This document shows, in pieces, positions 52,956-61,325 of a DNA stretch of 64,000 nucleotides. The notes below the pieces were generated by a model. It searched no databases. It was given only the letters and a program-made list of their open reading frames with translations, and had not been told where the DNA came from. Origin of the DNA: a virus; the IMG/VR virus record IMGVR_UViG_3300045988_105168, positions 50,766-114,765 of that record; one strand, given 5' to 3'. A program made the translations under genes and the position numbers. The stretch's first letter is position 1; every line of letters begins with the position of its first letter.

Positions 52956-52973
52956 CATAAGGGAGAGAAAATA

Positions 52974-53468
52974 ATGAGAAAGGTTGAATTATGGGGTTAT
53001 ACCATTTACGAGGACGGGCGAATTATTGGTTTGCACGGCAAGGAAATAAATTATAACAGGCAAATAAAAGTACAATGGGGAAATAAAAAGAAAGCCAAAA
53101 TGGTTTATTATGCTAGATTTGTATATTATGCTTTTAACTACAAAAATTTTAATTTTAACGATAAAACGATTGTGGTACAACATATTAACGGCGACAATAA
53201 AGATTGTCATATAAATAATTTAGTAGCAGTCAAAAGAAAATTCATTAGTCAAGGGCAAAACAACGGACTAGCAAAATTAACTGATGCAGAAGTAGAAGAA
53301 ATTAAACTATTGTATAAACAAGGTAAAGAAGATAATTTAAAAGATAATGACCCTACAACAAAAGTTAGTTATCGTAAACTTGCAGAACGATATGGTGTTA
53401 GCCATACTTTAATCAAAGACATTATTGATGGCAAACATAGAAATAAAGATAATTATATTATGAAATAA
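52974..53468 (+). CDS. HNH homing endonuclease (HNH_3-type) with C-terminal HTH
   Basis: VVQHINGDNKDCHINNLVAV. C-terminal VSYRKLAERYGVSHTLIKDII. Confidence 0.75.
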   Translation: MRKVELWGYTIYEDGRIIGLHGKEINYNRQIKVQWGNKKKAKMVYYARFVYYAFNYKNFNFNDKTIVVQHINGDNKDCHINNLVAVKRKFISQGQNNGLAKLTDAEVEEIKLLYKQGKEDNLKDNDPTTKVSYRKLAERYGVSHTLIKDIIDGKHRNKDNYIMK

Positions 53469-53478
53469 GGAGATTTTT

Positions 53479-53673
53479 ATGGTAGAAACTATTGAGGAAA
53501 ACACATACTTTAAAAATGTGGTAAAAGACGCAATAAAAGATTTAAAAAGTAATAAGGCAACTTATGTATTCTTTCAAGAACAAGTTGACGCAATAAAAGA
53601 AATTATGAAATGCGATTTAGATATAAGTTATGACGGCACTTTCTATAAGGTGTCTATAAAGAGAGGTAAATAG
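53479..53673 (+). CDS. hypothetical protein
   Basis: AAGGAGA SD. Confidence 0.7.
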   Translation: MVETIEENTYFKNVVKDAIKDLKSNKATYVFFQEQVDAIKEIMKCDLDISYDGTFYKVSIKRGK

Positions 53674-53674
53674 T

Positions 53675-53989
53675 ATGAAAATTAAAGATTATAAAATTAT
53701 AAGTATTGAAATAAATAATTACACTAGCAATGGTAACACGGCAATAAGCCTAATATGTTTAGACGATAATGTACCAAGCCCATTTGCGACTATAACGGTC
53801 AACTTTGACGAGAAATTGGAAAAAGATATGGCTTATATAGATACAAATAATTGTCCTTGGGCAGAAAGTATATTAACGGAAAATAATTGGGGTGTGCCGA
53901 CGGGAAAACAAATGGCTAGTGGTTTTTGCATTTATCCTTTATATAAATTAAATTTAGAAGAAATTTCAAAGTATAACTTGACAAGATAA
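53675..53989 (+). CDS. hypothetical protein
   Basis: AGAGAGGT SD. Confidence 0.7.
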   Translation: MKIKDYKIISIEINNYTSNGNTAISLICLDDNVPSPFATITVNFDEKLEKDMAYIDTNNCPWAESILTENNWGVPTGKQMASGFCIYPLYKLNLEEISKYNLTR

Positions 53990-54006
53990 AAAAAATATAG
54001 TATTCT
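53978..54006 (+). promoter_or_regulatory. sigmaA-type promoter (TTGACA-17-TATTCT) ahead of the recombinase gene
   Basis: -35 at 53978-53983; -10 at 54001-54006 (4/6 match). Confidence 0.45.
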
Positions 54007-54031
54007 ATATACATAAGATAGGAGGGAAAAT

Positions 54032-54910
54032 ATGAATATAGAGAAACTTTTACAAGAATTTACCACATACAAGGTTAATGTTGAGGGTAGAAATATTGAT
54101 AGTATCACACTATATATAAAACATATCAAAGAATTTTGTGCCGATATGAATATAGACGAATATAACACATTTATTAATGCAAACGCACAAATAATCAAAG
54201 ATTGGCTCACTATCTTAGTTGACAAAGGTAATGGGGCGACGACTAGAAATAACAAATTAAGTGCAATAAAACAAATCTATTTATTTTTAGAAGACGAAAA
54301 AATGATAGATGTAGACCGAAGAATTGACAAAATTAAATATGCAAAGGCAGTACAAAAAGAAACAAAGTGTGCAGATAGAACTCAAGTTGAGCAATTATTA
54401 CAAGCCACTAATAATCAACGAACTCGTGCTATGATTTCGGTTATACATTCTACGGGTGTTCGTTTTAAAGAATTAATACAAATCACTTGTACTGATATTG
54501 AAAATGGCTTTGCAGTAGTTTTAGGGAAAGGTAATAAGGAAAGAACCATTTGGTTTGACCCCGCTTGTACAAAAATATGTAAAGATTATATTAATGGCAA
54601 AAGGGCAAAAATCATAGAAAAAACTAATATAAAGACAGACTTATTATTTTTAAGTGATGGTGGAAAGATTATTAGACAAAATAGTTTTGATAGAACATTA
54701 AAAACTTTAGGTGTTAAAATAGGTTTATATTGGGGTAATGAAATGTCCCCACACAAAATACGCCACGGGTTTGTTACCGATAGTCTTGACGACGGAATAC
54801 CTATTCAAACCGTTAGGGACGCCGTAGGACACGCAAATATTGCAACCACAAATAGATATGCCCATACCAATAAAAATGCGATTAAGGACGCAATGTTAAG
54901 AGAGAAATAA
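54032..54910 (+). CDS. int: tyrosine recombinase / integrase (XerC/D-like)
   Basis: N-terminal SAM-like core-binding domain. Catalytic set: STGVRFKE (R), GKGNKER (K), HKIRHGF (HxxR), GHANIATTNRYAH (H...Y). Confidence 0.85.
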   Translation: MNIEKLLQEFTTYKVNVEGRNIDSITLYIKHIKEFCADMNIDEYNTFINANAQIIKDWLTILVDKGNGATTRNNKLSAIKQIYLFLEDEKMIDVDRRIDKIKYAKAVQKETKCADRTQVEQLLQATNNQRTRAMISVIHSTGVRFKELIQITCTDIENGFAVVLGKGNKERTIWFDPACTKICKDYINGKRAKIIEKTNIKTDLLFLSDGGKIIRQNSFDRTLKTLGVKIGLYWGNEMSPHKIRHGFVTDSLDDGIPIQTVRDAVGHANIATTNRYAHTNKNAIKDAMLREK

Positions 54911-54921
54911 GGAGGTATGTT

Positions 54922-55422
54922 ATGGCAACATTAGAAGATTTAGCAGAAATAGTTGTAGAAGACGAGGAAATTAATAATGAGAGTACGGAAAGTGAGATAG
55001 ATTACACACCCGTAACTCTCCAAATTTTAGGTATAGCGGAGCAGTTAAAAGATTTGGACGATTATTTTAATGAACTTCCTAACCTACAATCACAAGTTGA
55101 CGAAGAATTAAGTGATTTATTACATTATATTGAAAGTAATGATTTAACACCAAAACAATCAGTCAAAATGATTAAATTATTACAACAAAAAAGATTGGTT
55201 AGAAGAGGTCTTTGTAATGACTATGAAATAAAAAGGGTATATAATACTCATAGAAACAAATTAGCAATAGACACACAAAGACAATTCTTTTTAAGCGAAG
55301 TATGTAAGAAAGCAAAAGAATTAAATTCACAATATAGGTATCGTCAATTTGGTGTCAACGAAAATGACACAATGCAAAGAAAAATAGTAGCCGAAGACGA
55401 AATTAAGGCACTATTAAAGTAA
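54922..55422 (+). CDS. hypothetical protein
   Basis: AAGGAGGT SD. Confidence 0.7.
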   Translation: MATLEDLAEIVVEDEEINNESTESEIDYTPVTLQILGIAEQLKDLDDYFNELPNLQSQVDEELSDLLHYIESNDLTPKQSVKMIKLLQQKRLVRRGLCNDYEIKRVYNTHRNKLAIDTQRQFFLSEVCKKAKELNSQYRYRQFGVNENDTMQRKIVAEDEIKALLK

Positions 55423-55436
55423 AGAGAGGAATTATT

Positions 55437-55769
55437 ATGGAATTTTTAAGAAATTTATTTAGTGGCGACGACAACGATATTGAAGAGGAAAATAAGCAGT
55501 TAAGAAGAAAACGCAAACATACTCAAGAAGAGTTGGACGAAACTAAAGAAAAACTTGAAGATATTACAAATAAATATATTGAAATATTGGAAGAAAAAGC
55601 AAAAGGTTTTGACCAATATTTACATTATCAAGAGTTGTATGGGGAAACCTATACACAAATGAAAGAATATAAAAAGGAATTAGCCGAAGTTAAAATGCAA
55701 TTAAAATCGGCACAAGAAGAGTTGGAAAAGAAATCTAAAAGAAAGGGGAAGAAAAATGAGGACGATTAG
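55437..55769 (+). CDS. hypothetical Lys/Glu-rich coiled-coil protein
   Basis: AGAGAGGA SD. Confidence 0.7.
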   Translation: MEFLRNLFSGDDNDIEEENKQLRRKRKHTQEELDETKEKLEDITNKYIEILEEKAKGFDQYLHYQELYGETYTQMKEYKKELAEVKMQLKSAQEELEKKSKRKGKKNEDD

Positions 55770-56265
55770 AAAAGGCACATTTGAAACCAATTCAAGTTCT
55801 ACTCATAGTATAACGGTCGCTCGTAAAAACGTGGCAATTCCTATAACAGAACAAAATATTTTTGTGGAGATTGGAGAGTTTGGTTGGGAATTTGAAACCT
55901 ATGACACACCACAAGAAGTATTAAGTTATTTATATACGGCAATTTGTTGTAATTATAAACAAGATTATAAAAAATATACCGATAAAATTGATAAGATATT
56001 AGCAGAAAACACTAAAACTAAGGTTGAATGGCAAGAGCCAAAATTTGACGAGTATGGCTATTTAAATGATGGTTATATAGACCACGGCTATGAATTAGCA
56101 GAATGGTTAGAAACACTATTTGAAAATGAAGAATTGTTATTACGCACAATATTCTTTGGTGTTGTAGAAACTGGCAACGACAATGCTGGCTGGGAAGATG
56201 GAATGTATTGTGGTCAAGGTTGGTTTAATAATGCGGTTGAAGATGTTTTTTATAAGGGGAATTAA
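55756..56265 (+). CDS. FETNSSSTH-motif family protein, paralogue 1 (169 aa)
   Basis: MRTIRKGTFETNSSSTHSITV; also GYIDHGYE and VETGNDN. AAGGGGAAG SD. Confidence 0.8.
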   Translation: MRTIRKGTFETNSSSTHSITVARKNVAIPITEQNIFVEIGEFGWEFETYDTPQEVLSYLYTAICCNYKQDYKKYTDKIDKILAENTKTKVEWQEPKFDEYGYLNDGYIDHGYELAEWLETLFENEELLLRTIFFGVVETGNDNAGWEDGMYCGQGWFNNAVEDVFYKGN

Positions 56266-56267
56266 CT

Positions 56268-56654
56268 ATGGAAGATAGAACAAATTTTTACGCAGACGAG
56301 TTAAATATGGACAGAGTAAATGAAACATTAGAATATGTAGCAAGTCATTTAACTCTAAAAGAAATTCTTAAAATGGTGCGTGAGATAAGTTATGATATGG
56401 TTTGTTATTATAACGAAGACGCCAAAGGTATTATTTATAATGGCGAATATAATGACAATCATAGATGGCAAGCGTGTCAATTACAAAGATTATTAAGTTC
56501 GGCTTGTGATTTATTTGAACAATCAGTTGTGGGTCATAGAGAATTTGATAATGACTATTTGAGCAAATGGCTCGACGGTGGGGTAATGGAAAGAAAAATA
56601 GCCGATTTAGAAGAAAAAATCAGGCTATTAACGGAAAGAAATGAGGAGGAATAG
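56268..56654 (+). CDS. hypothetical protein
   Basis: AAGGGGA SD. Confidence 0.7.
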   Translation: MEDRTNFYADELNMDRVNETLEYVASHLTLKEILKMVREISYDMVCYYNEDAKGIIYNGEYNDNHRWQACQLQRLLSSACDLFEQSVVGHREFDNDYLSKWLDGGVMERKIADLEEKIRLLTERNEEE

Positions 56655-56657
56655 TAA

Positions 56658-56891
56658 ATGGAAAGAAATGAGTGGATTGTAAATTATTTAAAAGGAAAAG
56701 AAGTAAAGAAAGTTGATTTGGAAGATTTCTTTACTATTGAAAACGGAGAAAAGCCGATTAATATTAAACAAGCTGGAGATTACACATACACTTATACAAC
56801 CGACTTATACGCTTATACAGTAACAATTAACCCACTTAAACCATATATCACAACTTATACAGTTGCCGATGTAGTTGTTACAGTATTATAA
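56658..56891 (+). CDS. hypothetical protein
   Basis: GAGGAGGA SD. Confidence 0.7.
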   Translation: MERNEWIVNYLKGKEVKKVDLEDFFTIENGEKPINIKQAGDYTYTYTTDLYAYTVTINPLKPYITTYTVADVVVTVL

Positions 56892-56932
56892 TGTACAGTT
56901 TATTTAAAAATATACATAAATAAGGAGAAAAT

Positions 56933-57721
56933 ATGAAAACAATTAGATATGGAAGTTTTGAAACTAATTCTAGTTCTACTCACGCAATAGTAATTCCGCA
57001 CAAAGTAAGTGAAGATAGTTACGATTTGTATGATAGTTTAGACCACGATTATGCTTTTGGTAGAGAAGAATGTCGCTTATGTGAGCATTGGGACGAAAAA
57101 CTAGCCTACGCATATATGTTATTAACTACTAATTGTGATTGGTCGCAGAACGATAATGGGTGGAAACCAAATAATACCACTACAAAAGAAGACGTTGATA
57201 TGTTAAAAAAACGTATAACAGCAATGTGGGAAGTTGTGGAGTCTAAATTACAAAGAAAATATGACCCCACACCACAAGATGTATTTAATTATATAGATAG
57301 AGATGGCACTGATGGAAACTTAACAGGCGATGATAGTTTTATGGTGTTAAAAGAACGTTGGGGAAACTATATTGACCACGCAAATAATTTAGACCACACC
57401 GATATTATTGAACGACTAAAAACCGACGACGAATTTGTTAAGAGATTTATTTTTAGCAGAGAAAGTTATATTACTGTTGGTGGCGATGAATATCGTGGTT
57501 ATAATATTAAAACAATAGGTTTTGAATATGATTATAGCGGTCATTATTGCGTTAACAGTAAGGGCGAAAGACCTCCTAAAGAATGGTTTGATGAAGACGG
57601 AAGAATAAAAGATAAGTATTGGGATAAATATTACGAAGAATATAATATTGACGCAGGTGGCTTTTGGGATAAGTTGAGAGAATACGAAAAAAATAATGAT
57701 GTATATTTGAAAGGAAATTAG
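56933..57721 (+). CDS. FETNSSSTH-motif family protein, paralogue 2 (262 aa)
   Basis: MKTIRYGSFETNSSSTHAIVI; also NYIDHANN and ITVGGDEY. AAGGAGA SD. Confidence 0.8.
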   Translation: MKTIRYGSFETNSSSTHAIVIPHKVSEDSYDLYDSLDHDYAFGREECRLCEHWDEKLAYAYMLLTTNCDWSQNDNGWKPNNTTTKEDVDMLKKRITAMWEVVESKLQRKYDPTPQDVFNYIDRDGTDGNLTGDDSFMVLKERWGNYIDHANNLDHTDIIERLKTDDEFVKRFIFSRESYITVGGDEYRGYNIKTIGFEYDYSGHYCVNSKGERPPKEWFDEDGRIKDKYWDKYYEEYNIDAGGFWDKLREYEKNNDVYLKGN

Positions 57722-57722
57722 T

Positions 57723-58199
57723 ATGAAGAAGATTAGAAATAAAACATTTGAAACTAATAGTAGTAGCACACATAGTTTGTCATATTGTGGCAATGTAAAT
57801 TTAGACACATATACACCAGTTGGCGATAAAATTGTCATAGATTTTATTAACACAGACGACGGTGGTACATTCACTACACTAAAAAGAAAAGTATCATATT
57901 TAGTATCGCATATTGTTAACAATTATAAATATAATTGTTTAGATTATGAAGACTTAGTAGAACAAGTTAGTAATTCTTATGATTTTAAAAGAATTTCAAA
58001 CTATGTAAAAAATAAGTATGGGAAAGAAGTAGTGTTCCCAAAAGAATATAAAGGAGATATTGAGGAAATAGTGTATATTAATCATCAATTATTGGAAAGA
58101 GATTTAGATAGTGTTTTAGAAGATTTAATAACAGAAGAAAGAGATTACTTGGCAGAAGTATTAGACCCAACACAAGTTATTGAATTAGGACACGATTAG
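57723..58199 (+). CDS. FETNSSSTH-motif family protein, paralogue 3 (158 aa)
   Basis: MKKIRNKTFETNSSSTHSLSY; also VYINHQLL and IELGHD. Confidence 0.8.
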   Translation: MKKIRNKTFETNSSSTHSLSYCGNVNLDTYTPVGDKIVIDFINTDDGGTFTTLKRKVSYLVSHIVNNYKYNCLDYEDLVEQVSNSYDFKRISNYVKNKYGKEVVFPKEYKGDIEEIVYINHQLLERDLDSVLEDLITEERDYLAEVLDPTQVIELGHD

Positions 58200-58208
58200 G
58201 AGGTAATT

Positions 58209-58568
58209 ATGAGAACGGTAAGATATAATACGTTTGAAACGAATTCTAGTAGTACACACGCATTGGTAATTTTATCTAAAGAAGATTACAAAGCGTGGCA
58301 AAATAATGAAAAAACATTAAATCTTTATTCTGGAGAAGTGCAAGAGTTAACAGATTATGATAAAAAAATCATAAGAAATACAGACGGTTCGATTGATTAC
58401 GAAGGAAAGCATTTTGAGAGCGAATATGATTTTATGGAAGGCGATTATTACGACGTAATTGACGATAGCAATGCGTCGGCAGAATATATTGAACATTATG
58501 CCGAAGTAGAACAAAAAGAACTTGGCGATAATGTTATTATGAGTATTTATCGTGGGGATAGATGGTAA
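58209..58568 (+). CDS. FETNSSSTH-motif family protein, paralogue 4 (119 aa)
   Basis: MRTVRYNTFETNSSSTHALVI; also EYIEHYAE and IYRGDRW. AGGAGGT SD. Confidence 0.8.
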   Translation: MRTVRYNTFETNSSSTHALVILSKEDYKAWQNNEKTLNLYSGEVQELTDYDKKIIRNTDGSIDYEGKHFESEYDFMEGDYYDVIDDSNASAEYIEHYAEVEQKELGDNVIMSIYRGDRW

Positions 58569-58569
58569 T

Positions 58570-58839
58570 ATGAATTTAAAATGGCGTTGGTTTAGATTTA
58601 AACAAAGGCTTATGAAAAACTTTGAAACCCAAGATTTAAGGGTGGGTGTCAAAATAGAATGGTTTAAAGGCGTGTCAACGATAACAGAAGTATCAACAGC
58701 GTTAATGTTTGATGTAGAAGACGCAGAATGTAAACCTATTGAAGTGACGTATTATATTTTAGACACCAATTATTATTTTAAAGACGAGCCAGATGGCATT
58801 ATGGAAGAAGATATATTAAGAGTTATAAAGGAGAGATAA
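58570..58839 (+). CDS. hypothetical protein (start uncertain)
   Basis: Start moved to ATG 58570; weak SD. Confidence 0.55.
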   Translation: MNLKWRWFRFKQRLMKNFETQDLRVGVKIEWFKGVSTITEVSTALMFDVEDAECKPIEVTYYILDTNYYFKDEPDGIMEEDILRVIKER

Positions 58840-58840
58840 T

Positions 58841-59227
58841 ATGAGAACAGTAAGAAGAGGAACTTTTGAAACAAATAGTTCAAGTACGCACTCAATAACA
58901 ATGTGTATGGAGAGTGACTATGAAAAATGGAAAAATGGTGAAATGTATTGGCACAGATGGAATGATGAATTAGTATCTAAAGAAGAAGTAGAAAAAGAAA
59001 TGGCTAAATTACGTGAGGAATTTATTGCCGATAATCCAGACTTTGATGAAAATAATGAGGAATGGAAAGAAGAATTAGACCAATATATTAATGAAGATAA
59101 AATGTATTACACTTATGAAGAGTTTAACGATTACGATTATATAGAGTATGAAACATTTGTAGATACATTTGAAACACCACAAGGAGAAAAAGTAGTAAGT
59201 TTTGGTTATTACGGAAGTGATTATTAA
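58841..59227 (+). CDS. FETNSSSTH-motif family protein, paralogue 5 (128 aa)
   Basis: MRTVRRGTFETNSSSTHSITM; also DYIEYETF and YYGSDY. AAGGAGAG SD. Confidence 0.8.
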   Translation: MRTVRRGTFETNSSSTHSITMCMESDYEKWKNGEMYWHRWNDELVSKEEVEKEMAKLREEFIADNPDFDENNEEWKEELDQYINEDKMYYTYEEFNDYDYIEYETFVDTFETPQGEKVVSFGYYGSDY

Positions 59228-59245
59228 AAACTAGGAGGAAATGAA

Positions 59246-60148
59246 ATGAAACTATTAGCAAGGTATAAAAATGGTAATTATACTGTAACAATTTTTGATG
59301 ATGGAACTAAAATTAGAGAAAACGATTTAGACTTTCTTGATGCCGAATTCCCTGAGTCAATGGATTGTAAAATAACAAATAGATGTCCAATGGGTTGCCC
59401 TATGTGTCACGAGAAATCAACACCAGACGGAGACCACGGAGATATTATGAACGCAGAGTTTGTAAATAAATTGCGTAAAGGTACGGAAATGGCTATTGGG
59501 GGAGGAGCTGTGACTTCTCACCCTGACCTAGTACCATTTTTAAGAAAATTAAAAGAAATAGGTGTGTTGCCTAGTATTACAGTACACCAAAAAGAATTTA
59601 TTGGAAATTATGATTTAATCGATATGTTAGTGAAAGAAAAATTAATTTATGGTTTAGGCGTATCATTTAGTTCGTTTGACGACGAATTTTGGGATAAGGT
59701 AACAAAAGCCAATCCTAATCTAGTAGTTCATTTAATCGCTGGTATACACGGCGGAGATGTATTTAAATATTTTGCAGATAAAAAAGTCAAGATATTGGTA
59801 TTAGGATATAAAGATTTTGGTAGAGGTCATAATTTACTAGAAAAGGCTGGCGGAATTATAAATGCTCAATTAACTTGGTTAAAAAATAATTTACAAGACT
59901 TATTAAGTAAGTATGCTGTCATCTCTTTTGACAATCTAGCTATTGAGCAATTAGATGTTAAAAGTGTATTAACAGACGAGCAATGGAAAGAGTTCTATCA
60001 AGGTAATGACGGTACACATACTATGTATGTTGATTTAGTAAAGAAACAATTTGCTAAAACATCGACTTCAACAGAACGCTACCCATTACTAAGTAATATT
60101 GATGATATGTTTAAAATTATAAAAGGAGATGATAATAATGGCGAATAA
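59246..60148 (+). CDS. radical SAM enzyme (small, 300 aa; subfamily not recognised)
   Basis: C47-x3-C51-x2-C54 (NRCPMGCPMCH; Cys codons span 59384-59407). GGE-like MAIGGGAVTSHP. AGGAGGA SD. Confidence 0.7.
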   Translation: MKLLARYKNGNYTVTIFDDGTKIRENDLDFLDAEFPESMDCKITNRCPMGCPMCHEKSTPDGDHGDIMNAEFVNKLRKGTEMAIGGGAVTSHPDLVPFLRKLKEIGVLPSITVHQKEFIGNYDLIDMLVKEKLIYGLGVSFSSFDDEFWDKVTKANPNLVVHLIAGIHGGDVFKYFADKKVKILVLGYKDFGRGHNLLEKAGGIINAQLTWLKNNLQDLLSKYAVISFDNLAIEQLDVKSVLTDEQWKEFYQGNDGTHTMYVDLVKKQFAKTSTSTERYPLLSNIDDMFKIIKGDDNNGE

Positions 60149-60908
60149 GAAAAAGACTGTGGAAGTCAACACTGATGAGTTAAATGCAACTCAATACTTT
60201 AATTACCTAAAAAAGAAGAGACAAACTGTCACAGATAAAGATTTGGAAGATTTATATAATGGTTATTTGTCATTAGTAGAAAAATATAGTGTGACAGGAC
60301 AAAAGCGTGTTATTGAAAAATTAAGATTTCTTGCAGACAATATAGAGAAAGAAAGACAAATTGTTGCTTTAGGTATTAACTCGTTTGTGTATAGAGATGA
60401 TATTGAAGATTATATTGATAACATTGCTAAAAATGTGGTTAAAATTATCGAATTAGAAAACTATCCTAGAGATATACCAGACCATATTGTAGAAATTATA
60501 GCAAAAACTAAAGATATATTCGATAAAATGTATGTTGTATTTACAGATTATACTGGTAAAGTGGAAAAAGAAGTTGCTAAAGAACGCAAAGAAAAAGACC
60601 CAATATTATTTGGTACATTTCAAAAACCTCGTGAAGAAGAACGTAGAAATAGTGGTATAGTGTTAAATGACCGTTTCTATTTTTTAGGAGATTGGGAAGA
60701 CGAATATTGTGATTTAACTATGGATAAATTTTTACAAGAGGCAGGAAAAGAAAAATTACAAAAAATTATTATCCCAATTAATACAGAAAAAATGATAGAA
60801 GAATTGGAAAGACTAGACGATAATTTAAGACGTTTGAATGATGTAGAGTTTGATAAATTAAAAGGAAATAAAAAGTTCTCACTGAAGAATTTATTTAAAA
60901 GAAAATGA
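60138..60908 (+). CDS. hypothetical protein (256 aa)
   Basis: Start moved to ATG 60138 (AAGGAGA SD). Confidence 0.65.
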   Translation: MANKKKTVEVNTDELNATQYFNYLKKKRQTVTDKDLEDLYNGYLSLVEKYSVTGQKRVIEKLRFLADNIEKERQIVALGINSFVYRDDIEDYIDNIAKNVVKIIELENYPRDIPDHIVEIIAKTKDIFDKMYVVFTDYTGKVEKEVAKERKEKDPILFGTFQKPREEERRNSGIVLNDRFYFLGDWEDEYCDLTMDKFLQEAGKEKLQKIIIPINTEKMIEELERLDDNLRRLNDVEFDKLKGNKKFSLKNLFKRK

Positions 60909-61264
60909 AAGAAAATGTAGATTTAACGGAAAATAGAGATTTTCGTATTAAGGCTTTAGAAGCCCAAAATGGTTCTCATTTTATAGGTTTTATGACCAAT
61001 ATGACACCAATGACAGAAGTTTTTCATCAAGATAGATTTGGAGTTCCTCAAGACGATTATTATATTGGTGTCGATAACGGTGTTATTATACAAGGTAATG
61101 CTCTTGAAAGATGTTCAAAAAATTTATGTAAAGAATTTAATATGGGAAACTATTGTGATTGTTGTGGAAAAGAAATTAAGCCTTATTATAACGATTGTTT
61201 ATGCCCAGATTGTGATAACAGAATGTCAAATATTACTGAAACACCTTTTAGAAATTTTATATGA
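60905..61264 (+). CDS. hypothetical Cys-rich protein
   Basis: ATGA overlap with the upstream gene. CDCCGKE...CLCPDCDN. Confidence 0.6.
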   Translation: MKENVDLTENRDFRIKALEAQNGSHFIGFMTNMTPMTEVFHQDRFGVPQDDYYIGVDNGVIIQGNALERCSKNLCKEFNMGNYCDCCGKEIKPYYNDCLCPDCDNRMSNITETPFRNFI

Positions 61265-61265
61265 A

Positions 61266-61293
61266 AAATGTATTGACAAAATACATTTTTTTT
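61266..61293 (+). terminator. intrinsic terminator closing the recombinase-led unit
   Basis: AAATGTATT-GACAA-AATACATTT followed by a T-run. The loop contains the -35 of the next promoter. Confidence 0.65.
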
Positions 61294-61301
61294 GTTAGAA
61301 T
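61273..61301 (+). promoter_or_regulatory. sigmaA-type promoter (TTGACA-17-TGtTAGAAT)
   Basis: -35 at 61273-61278; -10 at 61296-61301. Confidence 0.65.
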
Positions 61302-61325
61302 AAAACTAAGATAGGAGAGGGTTAT

